Positions 6,320 to 16,102 of a stretch of 20,243 nucleotides of DNA are shown one piece after another. Origin of the DNA: a virus. The position numbers were made by a program, and so were the translations under genes. The notes beneath the pieces are model-generated. The model was not told the DNA's origin. It did not search any database and was given only the letters and a program-made list of their open reading frames with translations. The DNA lies in UHGV virus genome UHGV-0098135, one strand, 5' to 3'. Numbering within the stretch: the first letter of the stretch is position 1; each line of letters begins with the position of its first letter.

Positions 6320-8520
6320 TGGCTGATGATAGAAAGATGGCTGACTGGCATCGCAAGGTGCTGTGCAACTTTGATAATGCCTGGTCAGCAACGCAGGATA
6401 TGCGTGAGCAGATTATTGAGGCTCAACGTTTCGTCCGGGTATCCGGCGCACAGTGGGAAGGCAGCACAAACGCTGGTTACTCATTTGATGAAGGCAGGTT
6501 TGAGCATTACCCGCGCTTTGAACTGAATAAGGTTTCCCGTGAATGTGATCGCATCATTGGCGAGTATCGACAGAATCGCATCAGCGTTAAATTCAGGCCG
6601 AAGGACGATAAGGCATCGGAAGCGTTAGCCGAAAAGATGAACGGCAAATTCCGCGCTGACTATCAGGAAACATCCGGTGGCGAAGCGTGTGATAACGCAT
6701 TTGATGATGCTGTAACGGGCGGATTCGGTTGTTTCCGCATGTGTGCCGATTACGAAGATGAAATGGATCCGAGTAACGAGCAACGCCGTATAAGCCTTCT
6801 TCCTGTTTACGACCCAGCGACATGCGTCTTCTTCGATCAGGACAGCAAGCAATATGACCGCTCTGATGCTATGTGGGCTATGGAAATGTTCTCCATGACG
6901 CCTAAAGCGTTCGAGGCTGAATACCCTGACTCCATCGCGGCAAGTCTTTCTCGTGATGACACTGGTACTCAGTATGACTGGTCAACGCCTGATGCCATCT
7001 ATGTTGGACGCTACTACGAAGTTCGCATAGAGAAGGTGAAGCTCACGGCGTGGCGCAACCCTGTCAGCGGAGAAACGGCAATCTATGATGAAGAGCAAAT
7101 CAAAGATATTGTCGACGAGCTGACCGATGGCGCATTCGAACTGATTGGCGAGCGGACAGTGAAGAAACGCCGCGTTTATTGCGGCCTTCTGTCTGGCGCT
7201 GAATGGCTGGAAGAACCGAAGCGTATTCCGGGCGAACATATTCCTCTCATCCCGGTATATGGGCGTCGCTCATTTGTTGATAATCAGGAACGAATCGAAG
7301 GCCACGCAGCAAAAGCGATGGATGCACAGCGTCTTGAGAACCTGATGGTTTCCATGATTGCAGATAACGCTACTCAGGCGGGCGGTGATGGCATTCCTAT
7401 CGTGGATGTTGATTTCATTCCCGGTCCATTAATGAATCACTGGGCAGAGAGGAATAAGAAAAGACCTGCAGTTCTTCCCATGACCAGCAAGAAGGACAAA
7501 AACGGAACAGTCATTTCAGAAGCTCAGGTTGCTGGCTGGACACCTCCGACACAAATGCCTCCTGCTCTTGCCGGGCTATTGCAGTACACCGGAACGGCTA
7601 TTCAGCAAATTACAGGTGCGTCGCAGCTTGAGAACATGCCGAGCAACGTCGCTACCGATACCGTTGATAGCATCTTTAACCGGATGGACACGCAGTCCTA
7701 TATCTACATGGACAACATGGCTAAATCCATGCGCCGTGCTGGCGTCGTGTGGCTTTCTATGGCTCGTGAAGTCTATGGCAGTGATACGCCGATGCGTATC
7801 GTTAATGAGGACGGCAGCGATGACGTGGCGCTGATGACTGGTGAAGTGGTTGACCGTCAGACAGGGCAGGTTATCGCGCTTAACGACCTTTCGCAGGGTA
7901 ACTATGAAGTGACTGTCGATGTTGGTCAGTCGTTCGCTACTCGCCGTGATGCAACGGTTAAGTCGTTACTTTCCATGCTGGCACTTATCCCACCAGGAAC
8001 GCCGAAGCACGACCTTGTGTCGTCGATGATTCTCGACAATATGGACGGCGAAGGGATGGACGACCTTAAAGAATACAACCGCAATCAGTTGCTTCTGTCT
8101 GGAGTTATCAAGCCGAGAACACCAGAAGAACAGCAGATGGTTGAGCAGGCAAAACAACAACAGGCCAGTCAGCCAGATCCGGCTATGGTTGCAGCGCAAG
8201 GTCAGCTTCTTGCTGGTCAGGCTGAATTGCAGAAAGCGCAGAACGAACAGGCAGCCATTCAGGTTAAAGCATTCCAGGCACAGACTGATGCTCAGGTTGC
8301 AGCGGCAAACGTTGTGAAAATCCTCGCATCTGCTGATAGCCAGCAGAAATCTGATATCCGCGAGGCTCTGAAACTGCTCGGACAGTTCCAGCAACAGCAA
8401 GGAGACAATGCCCGTGCTGATGCAGAGCTTGTCCTGAAAAGTCAGGCACAGGGCCATGCGCAGCGCATGGACATCAGCAGCATCCTGCAAAAATCAACTC
8501 AGCAACAACCACAGCAGTAA
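6319..8520 (+). CDS. Portal protein (P22 gp1-like) with long Gln-rich C-terminal helical extension
   Basis: Start chosen at ATG 6319 ([15 protein letters not shown]...), which aligns with the recalled P22 portal N-terminus MADNENRL...; ATG 6316 is an alternative and the track's 6304 is a TTG. Internal segment IPGEHIPLIPVYG matches the recalled P22 portal IAGEHIPIVPVFG. C-terminal ~140 aa is Q/A-rich. Confidence 0.88.
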   Translation: MADDRKMADWHRKVLCNFDNAWSATQDMREQIIEAQRFVRVSGAQWEGSTNAGYSFDEGRFEHYPRFELNKVSRECDRIIGEYRQNRISVKFRPKDDKASEALAEKMNGKFRADYQETSGGEACDNAFDDAVTGGFGCFRMCADYEDEMDPSNEQRRISLLPVYDPATCVFFDQDSKQYDRSDAMWAMEMFSMTPKAFEAEYPDSIAASLSRDDTGTQYDWSTPDAIYVGRYYEVRIEKVKLTAWRNPVSGETAIYDEEQIKDIVDELTDGAFELIGERTVKKRRVYCGLLSGAEWLEEPKRIPGEHIPLIPVYGRRSFVDNQERIEGHAAKAMDAQRLENLMVSMIADNATQAGGDGIPIVDVDFIPGPLMNHWAERNKKRPAVLPMTSKKDKNGTVISEAQVAGWTPPTQMPPALAGLLQYTGTAIQQITGASQLENMPSNVATDTVDSIFNRMDTQSYIYMDNMAKSMRRAGVVWLSMAREVYGSDTPMRIVNEDGSDDVALMTGEVVDRQTGQVIALNDLSQGNYEVTVDVGQSFATRRDATVKSLLSMLALIPPGTPKHDLVSSMILDNMDGEGMDDLKEYNRNQLLLSGVIKPRTPEEQQMVEQAKQQQASQPDPAMVAAQGQLLAGQAELQKAQNEQAAIQVKAFQAQTDAQVAAANVVKILASADSQQKSDIREALKLLGQFQQQQGDNARADAELVLKSQAQGHAQRMDISSILQKSTQQQPQQ

Positions 8521-8610
8521 TTAACCCATAACGTGCAATGGCTGTCTTTATGAGGCCTGGCACCATATTGCCTTCCGATGGGCTGAACATCGAGTAAACA
8601 GGGGTAACAA

Positions 8611-9504
8611 ATGGACCAGATGGCAGAAAACACACCAGAAGTTGAAATCGAAACCGACGCGTCAGAGCAGATTCCTGATGATGTCGAACTGGCTGAAGAA
8701 GTCGAAACAGAAGATGGCAGTGAGTCATCCGGCAATGATGTAGAGGAAGCTACTGAAACTGATGACGACGAATCAGAACAGGAATTCTACTTTGGTGACG
8801 AAAAGCTGGATTCGCCAACCAGCGAAGATGGCGCAGAGCATGGACTGGTAAAACACCTGCGCAAGACGATTAAAGAGAAAGACCGTGAGCTGAAAGAGCT
8901 GATGCGTCAGTCTCAGAAACCCGTCGAGCAGCAGCCGGTAATCACTCAACCACCGCGAATGCCAAAACTGGATGATGAGGACATCGGTTTCGATGAAGAA
9001 ATCTATCAGCAACGCATGGCTAAGTGGGCAGAGGATAACGGCAAGTACCAGCAACAGGAGATGGCTCGCAAGCAGAAGGAGCAGGAGCTTCAGGCTGCTT
9101 ATCAAGAGCGATTATCCAAATATCAGCAACGTGTTAAGGCTCTCAAGGTTCCTGGCTATCAGGAAGCAGAACAGGCCGTACTCGAGGAAATCCCCATCGA
9201 GACACAAAACGCGATCCTGTTTGAGTCAGAGAAGCCGGAAATCGTTGTTCTGGCGCTTGGTCGCAACGCTGAACTGCGCAAGCAACTGGCAGAAGCTACC
9301 AACCCCGTAGCAATTGGTCGTCTGCTGGAACGTATCGAATCTAAGGCCAGAATCATGCCAAAAGCAAAAACCACGGCAGCCACAACCCCGACAGTTAAGG
9401 GGAGCAACGGCGCAGTAATCAATAACCTCGACAAACTGAAAGCCAAGGCGCTGGAAACTGGTGACTGGACGCCGTATTTCGCCGCTAAAAAGGCAAAAAA
9501 ATAA
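8611..9504 (+). CDS. Scaffolding protein (P22 gp8-like)
   Basis: 297 aa between portal and coat; highly acidic N-terminal region, central charged helical region, and a basic C-terminal coat-binding-like tail (KLKAKALETGDWTPYFAAKKAKK). Confidence 0.8.
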   Translation: MDQMAENTPEVEIETDASEQIPDDVELAEEVETEDGSESSGNDVEEATETDDDESEQEFYFGDEKLDSPTSEDGAEHGLVKHLRKTIKEKDRELKELMRQSQKPVEQQPVITQPPRMPKLDDEDIGFDEEIYQQRMAKWAEDNGKYQQQEMARKQKEQELQAAYQERLSKYQQRVKALKVPGYQEAEQAVLEEIPIETQNAILFESEKPEIVVLALGRNAELRKQLAEATNPVAIGRLLERIESKARIMPKAKTTAATTPTVKGSNGAVINNLDKLKAKALETGDWTPYFAAKKAKK

Positions 9505-9522
9505 CCTATCGGAGCATTAAGC

Positions 9523-10776
9523 ATGGCTAACCAATTAGCAAAAGACCTTGAAATCATGTTCGAAAACTACGTTGAAGGCTTTGAGGCCGCCTGCGTAGTT
9601 TCCCGCAACGCTAAAAAATTCCGTCCCGGTGATACAGCAATGCAGCGAGCAGGTGATGTTCTGTATCGTCCGCAGCATTACCACATGAATATTGAGGAAG
9701 GTCTCGACCTCAGCAGCAAAACGCCAACAGCACTGGTTCAGCGCCTTGTTCCTTCTGTGTTCAAGGAGCCGAAAAACATTCTGTACACTCTGGATGCGCG
9801 TGAAATGCGTGACCCGGAACATAAAACTGAAGCTGGTCGCGCCGCAGGTATGCGCCTTGCTGCACAGATTGACTCTGACCTGATTTCCATGGTCACGCAG
9901 CGTGCTACTAACGTGATCACGATGGCTGACTCAACCACAGGTACACAGGGCCGTGATTTGTGGAACTGTGCGGCAGGCATTGATGCCACCATGACGGCGA
10001 TTGGTGTACCTCAGGGTATCAACCGTCGCTCTTTCTGGAACCCCTTCAACTACAAAGATCTTGCTGGCGAGCTTGGTCACCGTGCCTATGCTCAGGGCGC
10101 AACCCTGACAGCATACGAAAAAGCGCAGATCCCTCCGGTTGCTTCCTTTGATAGCTACAAGACCGATATTTCTGGTCGTGTTCCGAAGGGTACAGCAACT
10201 TCCATTACGCTGGCAGCAGCACCTGCGCACAAGGTTGAAGCGAAAGATGCTAACGATATGCCAGTGGATAACCGACAGGGGACCATTACGGTATCTGCTG
10301 AAGGTTTGCAGGTTGGCGATGCGTTTACCATCGCAGGGGTGAATTCCGTACACCAGATCACCAAAGATACCACCGGGCAGCCGCAGGTATTCCGCGTTCT
10401 GGCAGTTAGCGGAACGACAGTAACTATCTCCCCGAAAATTCTGCCGCCTGACAACGCGGATGTCGCCAGCCGTCCATATGCAAACGTTGATGCTAATGCG
10501 GCAAGTAGCGCAGCAATCACCATTCTCAACAAAAATGCCGCACCGGCTAACCTGTTCTGGGCTGATGGTTCTGTTGAACTGATGTACGGCAAACTGGCGT
10601 TCCCAACTGGTCAGGGGCCACAGGTAATGACGGCAACCACCGAGCAGGGCGCTACGCTGATCATGTCTTACGCCTTCGACCACATCAAAGGCGTAACCAC
10701 TGCTCGTTTCACCACTCTGTACGGTTGCTCTGTACTTGTTCCTGAATATACGGGCATCGTTATTGCCGGGCAGTAA
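9523..10776 (+). CDS. Major capsid (coat) protein (P22 gp5-like)
   Basis: 417 aa, preceded by GGAG; canonical position after the scaffold gene; shares segments with the recalled P22 coat (MQRAGDV versus MQRSSNT; YANVDANA...NLFWADGS versus YANVNTSL...NVFWADDA). Confidence 0.85.
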   Translation: MANQLAKDLEIMFENYVEGFEAACVVSRNAKKFRPGDTAMQRAGDVLYRPQHYHMNIEEGLDLSSKTPTALVQRLVPSVFKEPKNILYTLDAREMRDPEHKTEAGRAAGMRLAAQIDSDLISMVTQRATNVITMADSTTGTQGRDLWNCAAGIDATMTAIGVPQGINRRSFWNPFNYKDLAGELGHRAYAQGATLTAYEKAQIPPVASFDSYKTDISGRVPKGTATSITLAAAPAHKVEAKDANDMPVDNRQGTITVSAEGLQVGDAFTIAGVNSVHQITKDTTGQPQVFRVLAVSGTTVTISPKILPPDNADVASRPYANVDANAASSAAITILNKNAAPANLFWADGSVELMYGKLAFPTGQGPQVMTATTEQGATLIMSYAFDHIKGVTTARFTTLYGCSVLVPEYTGIVIAGQ

Positions 10777-10783
10777 TTTTGGT

Positions 10784-10806
10784 GGGGCTTCGGCCCCATT
10801 TTTATT
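10784..10806 (+). terminator. Intrinsic terminator immediately after the coat gene
   Basis: Hairpin GGGGC-TTCG-GCCCC followed by ATTTTTATT. Confidence 0.55.
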
Positions 10807-10817
10807 GGGAGAAGACA

Positions 10818-11006
10818 ATGGCACGAACAATGCTCTATAAGCCGGGCAACATGATCACCTGTGGTCAGTTTGCTGTCGATTACATCATTGTTGATGACGA
10901 AGAAGTTAAATCTCACCTGAAAAAAGGCTGGGTAAAAACTCCTGAAGAAACCGCAACGAAGCATAAAGTGGCTAAGGCGGAAGAAGATGGCGAAAACGAA
11001 GGGTGA
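10818..11006 (+). CDS. Hypothetical small protein, 62 aa
   Basis: ATG at 10818 preceded by GGGAGAAG (the track's start at 10779 is a TTG inside the terminator); overlaps the gp4 start by 20 nt. Confidence 0.45.
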   Translation: MARTMLYKPGNMITCGQFAVDYIIVDDEEVKSHLKKGWVKTPEETATKHKVAKAEEDGENEG

Positions 11007-11448
11007 TCTCGTTCTTAAGGCTTTACGAAAAGCCGGGCTGTATTCCAATGCCACGTTGACAGATGCTGACCCTCAGGCAATTGAAGATGCCATTAATGAC
11101 CTCGAAGACATGATGGCAGCATGGCAGGCTAAAGGTATCGAGCTTGGATATCAGTTTGCTGATACAGAAAACGGCATCATGCCGTTACCTGACGATGATT
11201 CAGGTATCCCTGCATGGGCAAATGATGGCGTCGCCTTGAAACTCGCTGTGCAAGTGTGCATGGATAACGTCATTCAGCCGTCAGACGCTCTCCTTACCGC
11301 TGCTGACAGTGCATACCAGACAATTTGCATCGCTTTAACCAAAATACCACCACTTGAGCGGCGAAATGACATGCCTCGCGGTAGTGGTAACAAAAGCGCG
11401 TTTACGTGGAATCGGTTTTACATCGAGAAAGATGATCCGAGTACGTGA
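10987..11448 (+). CDS. Head-to-tail adaptor / tail accessory factor (P22 gp4-like)
   Basis: 153 aa; N-terminus KTKGDLVLKALRKAGLYSNATLTDADPQAIEDAINDLEDMMAAW matches the recalled P22 gp4 (KTKGDLVRAALRKLG...ATLTD...DLEAMMAEW); canonical position. Confidence 0.8.
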   Translation: MAKTKGDLVLKALRKAGLYSNATLTDADPQAIEDAINDLEDMMAAWQAKGIELGYQFADTENGIMPLPDDDSGIPAWANDGVALKLAVQVCMDNVIQPSDALLTAADSAYQTICIALTKIPPLERRNDMPRGSGNKSAFTWNRFYIEKDDPST

Positions 11449-11457
11449 GGTGAATAA

Positions 11458-12876
11458 ATGCCGATTCAGCAACTTCCGCTTATGAAAGGTGTCGGCAAAG
11501 ACTTTCGAAACGCCGACTATATCGACTATCTGCCAGTGAATATGCTGGCTACACCCAAAGAAATCCTGAACAGCAGCGGATATCTTCGCTCATTCCCGGG
11601 CATTGCCAAACGTTCTGATGTGAACGGTATATCGCGCGGCGTCGAGTACAACATGGCGCAGAGTGCTGTTTATCGCGTGTGTGGTGGCAAGCTGTATAAG
11701 GGCGAAAGTGAAGTCGGTGATGTTGCCGGAAGTGGTCGTGTATCAATGGCGCATGGTCGGACATCTCAGGCGGTAGGCGTTAATGGTCAACTGGTCGAGT
11801 ATCGCTATGATGGCACGGTTAAAACCGTCTCAAACTGGCCTGCAGACAGCGGATTTACGCAGTATGAGTTAGGTTCAGTCCGCGACATTACACGCTTACG
11901 TGGGCGTTATGCGTGGTCAAAAGACGGCACTGATTCATGGTTTATCACTGACCTTGAAGACGAATCGCATCCTGACCGCTACAGCGCACAATATCGCGCA
12001 GAGTCTCAGCCTGACGGAATCATCGGCATCGGTACATGGCGAGACTTCATAGTCTGCTTTGGTTCGTCGACGATTGAATATTTCTCCCTGACTGGTGCAA
12101 CCACTGTTGGGGCTGCTCTGTATGTCGCACAGCCATCGCTGATGGTGCAGAAAGGCATTGCTGGGACTTACTGCAAAACGCCATTCGCTGATTCTTATGC
12201 GTTCATCAGCAATCCGGCAACAGGTGCGCCGTCTGTATACATCATCGGCTCCGGTCAGGTGTCACCAATCGCCAGCGCGAGCATTGAGAAAATCCTCCGC
12301 TCCTACACTGCTGATGAACTGGCTGATGGCGTGATGGAATCGCTGCGATTTGATGCGCATGAGCTGCTGATTATCCATCTTCCGCGCCATGTCCTCGTAT
12401 ACGACGCATCTTCAAGTGCCAATGGTCCGCAATGGTGTGTACTGAAAACAGGCCTGTATGACGATGTGTACCGCGCTATCGACTTCATTTACGAAGGCAA
12501 TCAAATAACGTGCGGCGATAAGCTGGAGTCCGTGACCGGGAAATTGCAATTCGATATCAGCAGCCAGTACGACAAGCAACAGGAACACCTGCTGTTTACT
12601 CCGTTGTTCAAAGCGGATAACGCCAGATGCTTCGATCTGGAGGTGGAATCATCCACTGGCGTAGCTCAGTACGCCGACCGCCTGTTCCTCTCTGCAACCA
12701 CTGACGGCATCAATTACGGACGTGAGCAGATGATTGAGCAGAATGAACCGTTCGTTTACGACAAACGCGTTTTGTGGAAGCGAGTCGGGCGCATCAGGAA
12801 AAATGTCGGCTTCAAATTGCGCGTTATCACGAAGTCACCTGTCACTCTTTCTGGCTGCCAGATAAGGATTGAGTAA
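11458..12876 (+). CDS. Tail hub / tail accessory factor (P22 gp10-like)
   Basis: 472 aa, the size I recall for P22 gp10; position between gp4 and the needle gene. Confidence 0.8.
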   Translation: MPIQQLPLMKGVGKDFRNADYIDYLPVNMLATPKEILNSSGYLRSFPGIAKRSDVNGISRGVEYNMAQSAVYRVCGGKLYKGESEVGDVAGSGRVSMAHGRTSQAVGVNGQLVEYRYDGTVKTVSNWPADSGFTQYELGSVRDITRLRGRYAWSKDGTDSWFITDLEDESHPDRYSAQYRAESQPDGIIGIGTWRDFIVCFGSSTIEYFSLTGATTVGAALYVAQPSLMVQKGIAGTYCKTPFADSYAFISNPATGAPSVYIIGSGQVSPIASASIEKILRSYTADELADGVMESLRFDAHELLIIHLPRHVLVYDASSSANGPQWCVLKTGLYDDVYRAIDFIYEGNQITCGDKLESVTGKLQFDISSQYDKQQEHLLFTPLFKADNARCFDLEVESSTGVAQYADRLFLSATTDGINYGREQMIEQNEPFVYDKRVLWKRVGRIRKNVGFKLRVITKSPVTLSGCQIRIE

Positions 12877-13577
12877 TGGCAGATTCATCACTGAATAATC
12901 CTGTCGCGGTTCAGGCTACGCGCCTTGATGCTTCAATTTTGCCACGCAATATCTTCTCGCAGTCGTATCTGCTGTACGTTCTCGCGCAAGGTACTGATGT
13001 TGGTAACGTGGCTAACAAGGCCAACGAGGCCGGACAGGGCGCTTATGATGCACAGGTCAGGAACGATGAGCAGGATGTTATTCTGGTCGATCACGAAGAA
13101 AGAATTCGTCAGCTCCGCATCGACGTAGACGACCATGAAATCCGTATTACTGCAAATACCAATGCAATCGCGTCGCTGGATGTCAGACTAACCACGGCTG
13201 AAGGAGAAATAGTCACCTTACAGGCTGACGTCAGCGCTCTTGATGGCCGGGTTACGACTGCTGAGAGCAACATTTCTGCATTAAAGGACGACTATGTATC
13301 GAAAACAGCCACTGCAACACAATCGCTGGCATCTCCCCTCAATGTAACAACATCCTATTCGGTCGGCGGCACCAAGGTTATTGGTGCTCGTCAGACAGGG
13401 TGGACAGCGGCTACAGGTACGGATCTTCGCGGCTCATTCAACGCTAACCAGACATACACGGTAAGTGCCACATACACACGGTCTGAGATGTCGGCTATGG
13501 CTACAGGATTGCAGCAGGCGCGGCAGCGTATCAAAGCTCTGGAAGATGCATTACGGACTCATGGGTTGATTGACTGA
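12876..13577 (+). CDS. Tail needle / plug protein (P22 gp26-like), trimeric coiled-coil fibre
   Basis: 233 aa; N-terminus [43 protein letters not shown] and C-terminus [14 protein letters not shown] closely match the recalled P22 gp26; heptad-like repeats in the middle; TAATG overlap with gp10. Confidence 0.88.
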   Translation: MADSSLNNPVAVQATRLDASILPRNIFSQSYLLYVLAQGTDVGNVANKANEAGQGAYDAQVRNDEQDVILVDHEERIRQLRIDVDDHEIRITANTNAIASLDVRLTTAEGEIVTLQADVSALDGRVTTAESNISALKDDYVSKTATATQSLASPLNVTTSYSVGGTKVIGARQTGWTAATGTDLRGSFNANQTYTVSATYTRSEMSAMATGLQQARQRIKALEDALRTHGLID

Positions 13578-14032
13578 TGATTACATTCAAACCAACGCGA
13601 AACATCGACCTGATCGAAGCAGTCGGAAATCACCCTGACATTATTGCCGGGAGTAACAACGGTGATGGATACGACTACAAGCCTGAATGCCGTTACTTTG
13701 AGGTGAACGTGCACGGTCAGTTTGGCGGCATTGTTTACTATCAGGAAATTCAGCCGCTTACATTCGATTGCCACGCCATGTACCTGCCAGAGATTCGCGG
13801 CTTCAGCAAGGAAATTGGGCTGGCGTTCTGGCGATACATTCTGACTAACACCACCGTTCAGTGCGTCACATCGTTCGCTGCACGCAAATTCCGCCACGGT
13901 CAGATGTACTGCGCAATGATTGGCCTTAATCGTGTAGGAACCATCAAGAAATACTTCAAAGGCGTGGATGACGTGACATTTTACAGTGCTACACGCGAAG
14001 AACTAATCGACTTCCTGAATCACGGGAGATAG
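13577..14032 (+). CDS. gp14-like protein (position of P22 gene 14; exact role not recognised)
   Basis: 151 aa; TGATG overlap with the needle gene; assignment by synteny (P22 order 4-10-26-14-7-20-16). Confidence 0.6.
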   Translation: MITFKPTRNIDLIEAVGNHPDIIAGSNNGDGYDYKPECRYFEVNVHGQFGGIVYYQEIQPLTFDCHAMYLPEIRGFSKEIGLAFWRYILTNTTVQCVTSFAARKFRHGQMYCAMIGLNRVGTIKKYFKGVDDVTFYSATREELIDFLNHGR

Positions 14033-14034
14033 CC

Positions 14035-14727
14035 ATGTTATATGCATTTAAGCTGGGCAGAAAACTGCGCGGCGAGGAACCTTATTGCCCTGAAAAAGGC
14101 GGGAAAGGTGGTAGCTCTGATAAAAGCGCAAAGTATGCAGCAGAAGCTCAGAAGTATGACGCAGACCTGCAAAATCAGCAGTTCAACACCATCATGAACA
14201 ACCTGAAGCCGTTTACTCCTCTGGCTGAGAAGTATGTCGGCAGCCTCGAGAACTTATCGTCTCTGGAGGGGCAAGGTCAGGCACTTAACCAGTATTACAA
14301 CTCTCAGCAGTACAAAGACCTTGCAGGTCAGGCTCGCTATCAGAGTCTGGCGGCAGCGGAAGCAACAGGTGGATTGGGTTCCACTGCAACCAGTAATCAG
14401 TTAGCAACAATCGCACCAACGCTTGGTCAGCAATGGCTATCTGGACAAATGAACAATTACAACAACCTGGCAAATATCGGTCTTGGCGCTCTTCAGGGGC
14501 AGGCAAACGCCGGGCAAACATATGCCAACAACATGAGTCAGATTTCACAGCAAAGCGCGGCGCTGGCTGCGGCAAACGCCAACCGACCGTCAGCATTGCA
14601 GCAGGGGGTTAGTGGTGCTGCATCCGGTGCGCTTTTGGGTGGTGGCATAGCCAGTGCTCTCGAGCTATCAACTCCGTGGGGTGCTGGTATCGGTGCTGGT
14701 CTTGGTCTGCTTGGCTCGTTGTTTTAA
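14035..14727 (+). CDS. Ejection (injection) protein gp7-like
   Basis: 230 aa; N-terminus MLYAFKLGRKLRGEEPYCPEKGGKGGSS matches the recalled P22 gp7; Gly-rich hydrophobic C-terminus (GGGIASALELSTPWGAGIGAGLGLLGSLF). Confidence 0.8.
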   Translation: MLYAFKLGRKLRGEEPYCPEKGGKGGSSDKSAKYAAEAQKYDADLQNQQFNTIMNNLKPFTPLAEKYVGSLENLSSLEGQGQALNQYYNSQQYKDLAGQARYQSLAAAEATGGLGSTATSNQLATIAPTLGQQWLSGQMNNYNNLANIGLGALQGQANAGQTYANNMSQISQQSAALAAANANRPSALQQGVSGAASGALLGGGIASALELSTPWGAGIGAGLGLLGSLF

Positions 14728-14737
14728 GGGGTAATCA

Positions 14738-16102
14738 ATGGCTACGTGGCAACAGGGTATTAATTCTGGTGGTTTTCTGGCTGGCATCGGTACGCAAAAT
14801 GAGAATGCGCCAAAGGCAAGCGACATTAACGCAACGCTTGGTCTGATCCGCGAAAACAATGAACTGGCTCGCTCAGGTGCAAATAACGTTGGTCTGACCG
14901 CGTTACGTGGTCTGGCTGGAGTTGCTGATATTTATAAGCAGGAACAGCAACAGAAAGCGATTAATGCGTTCAATAAGGTTCATGCTGATGCATGGGCTTC
15001 TGGTGATCCATCGGGACTATTTAAGTTTGCCAAGGAAAATCCAGCGTTTGTTGCGCAGGCACAACAGGCGTTTTCCGGTCTTAATGAGCAGCAACGCAAC
15101 GATATGGGCGATTTAGCCATGAGGGCTAACGTCGCTCTTTCTCAGGGACCGGAAGCCTACAGTAAATTCATTACTGACAACAAGGACAGGTTAAATCGTG
15201 TGGGTGCGAATGCTGACTGGATGATTCAGACAGGTATCCAGAATCCAGAGCAGCTATCACACATGCTGACTACTATGTCTCTCGGTGCGCTTGGACCAGA
15301 AAAGGCGTTTGCTGTTCAGGACAAGATGGCTGGTCGTGAAATTGACCGAGGCAGACTGGCAGAGACAATCCGCAGCAATCAGGCTGGCGAGGCGCTAACA
15401 GCGCGTGGTCAGAATATCACGATGCGCGGTCAGGATTTATCGATGCAGAGAGCATCAATGAAAGGGTCGGTTGGGAATAATGAGCGTACAGTTCAGTTAG
15501 CAGATGGCAGAACTGTAACGGTAGGCGGGAAGCTTCACGGCGCTGGGGCTAATGCGTTCTACGAAGGTATCGACAACGAGGGGAATATGGTTCGCGTCCC
15601 TGCTGGCTCTATTGCCGCTCCGGCTACATCGGCAGCAAGCGCGCAGAATTACGCAATGAAGAAAGATCTTGATGCAATTTCTGGTGCATCAATTGACGAT
15701 CTTGGCTTCATGACTGGCATTACAGGCTCTTCAGGTTCTCCTGCTCTTGGTGCAGATATTCGTAGCCGTGCATCTGGTGGTGATCAGAGGAAACTATACA
15801 ACGCTGCACAGCGAATCCAAGGAAAGATGCAGAATCAGGGCATTGCAGCAGCCAGAGACATGGGGGCATCCGGTATCAACACCGTTGCAGAAGCAAAGAT
15901 GTATTTTCAAGGTATGCCACAGGTTGATTTCTCAAGCCCTGAAGCACTGCAACAATCAATGCGCGACATTCAGCAATATACCGACAATTACAACCAACAA
16001 TATAACGTTAATGTTGGTAAATCTCAGCGGCAGCAATCTCAACCTACACAGGTATCACAGCCAGCAGCCAGCAGTAACTTTTCTTCACTATGGGGTGATT
16101 AA
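14738..16102 (+). CDS. Ejection protein gp20-like
   Basis: 454 aa, in the gp7-gp20-gp16 order; Gly/Ala/Gln-rich low-complexity composition typical of ejection proteins. Confidence 0.75.
   Translation: MATWQQGINSGGFLAGIGTQNENAPKASDINATLGLIRENNELARSGANNVGLTALRGLAGVADIYKQEQQQKAINAFNKVHADAWASGDPSGLFKFAKENPAFVAQAQQAFSGLNEQQRNDMGDLAMRANVALSQGPEAYSKFITDNKDRLNRVGANADWMIQTGIQNPEQLSHMLTTMSLGALGPEKAFAVQDKMAGREIDRGRLAETIRSNQAGEALTARGQNITMRGQDLSMQRASMKGSVGNNERTVQLADGRTVTVGGKLHGAGANAFYEGIDNEGNMVRVPAGSIAAPATSAASAQNYAMKKDLDAISGASIDDLGFMTGITGSSGSPALGADIRSRASGGDQRKLYNAAQRIQGKMQNQGIAAARDMGASGINTVAEAKMYFQGMPQVDFSSPEALQQSMRDIQQYTDNYNQQYNVNVGKSQRQQSQPTQVSQPAASSNFSSLWGD

Noticed and set aside
7966-8490. 174-aa minus-strand ORF antisense to the portal C-terminal region
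   Set aside because: Antisense to the Gln-rich portal extension (CAG/CAA repeats read as Leu/Cys-rich on the other strand); artefact of low-complexity sequence.
8611-8800. Highly acidic Asp/Glu-rich N-terminal region of the scaffold, considered as a separate acidic DNA-mimic (anti-restriction-like) gene
   Set aside because: It is in frame and continuous with the rest of the scaffold ORF, which has the expected size, position and basic C-terminal tail; acidic N-terminal segments are compatible with a scaffolding protein.
9931-10830. 299-aa minus-strand ORF antisense to the coat gene
   Set aside because: Fully contained within the major capsid gene on the opposite strand; Cys/Arg-rich composition typical of an antisense frame; every supported gene here is on the + strand.
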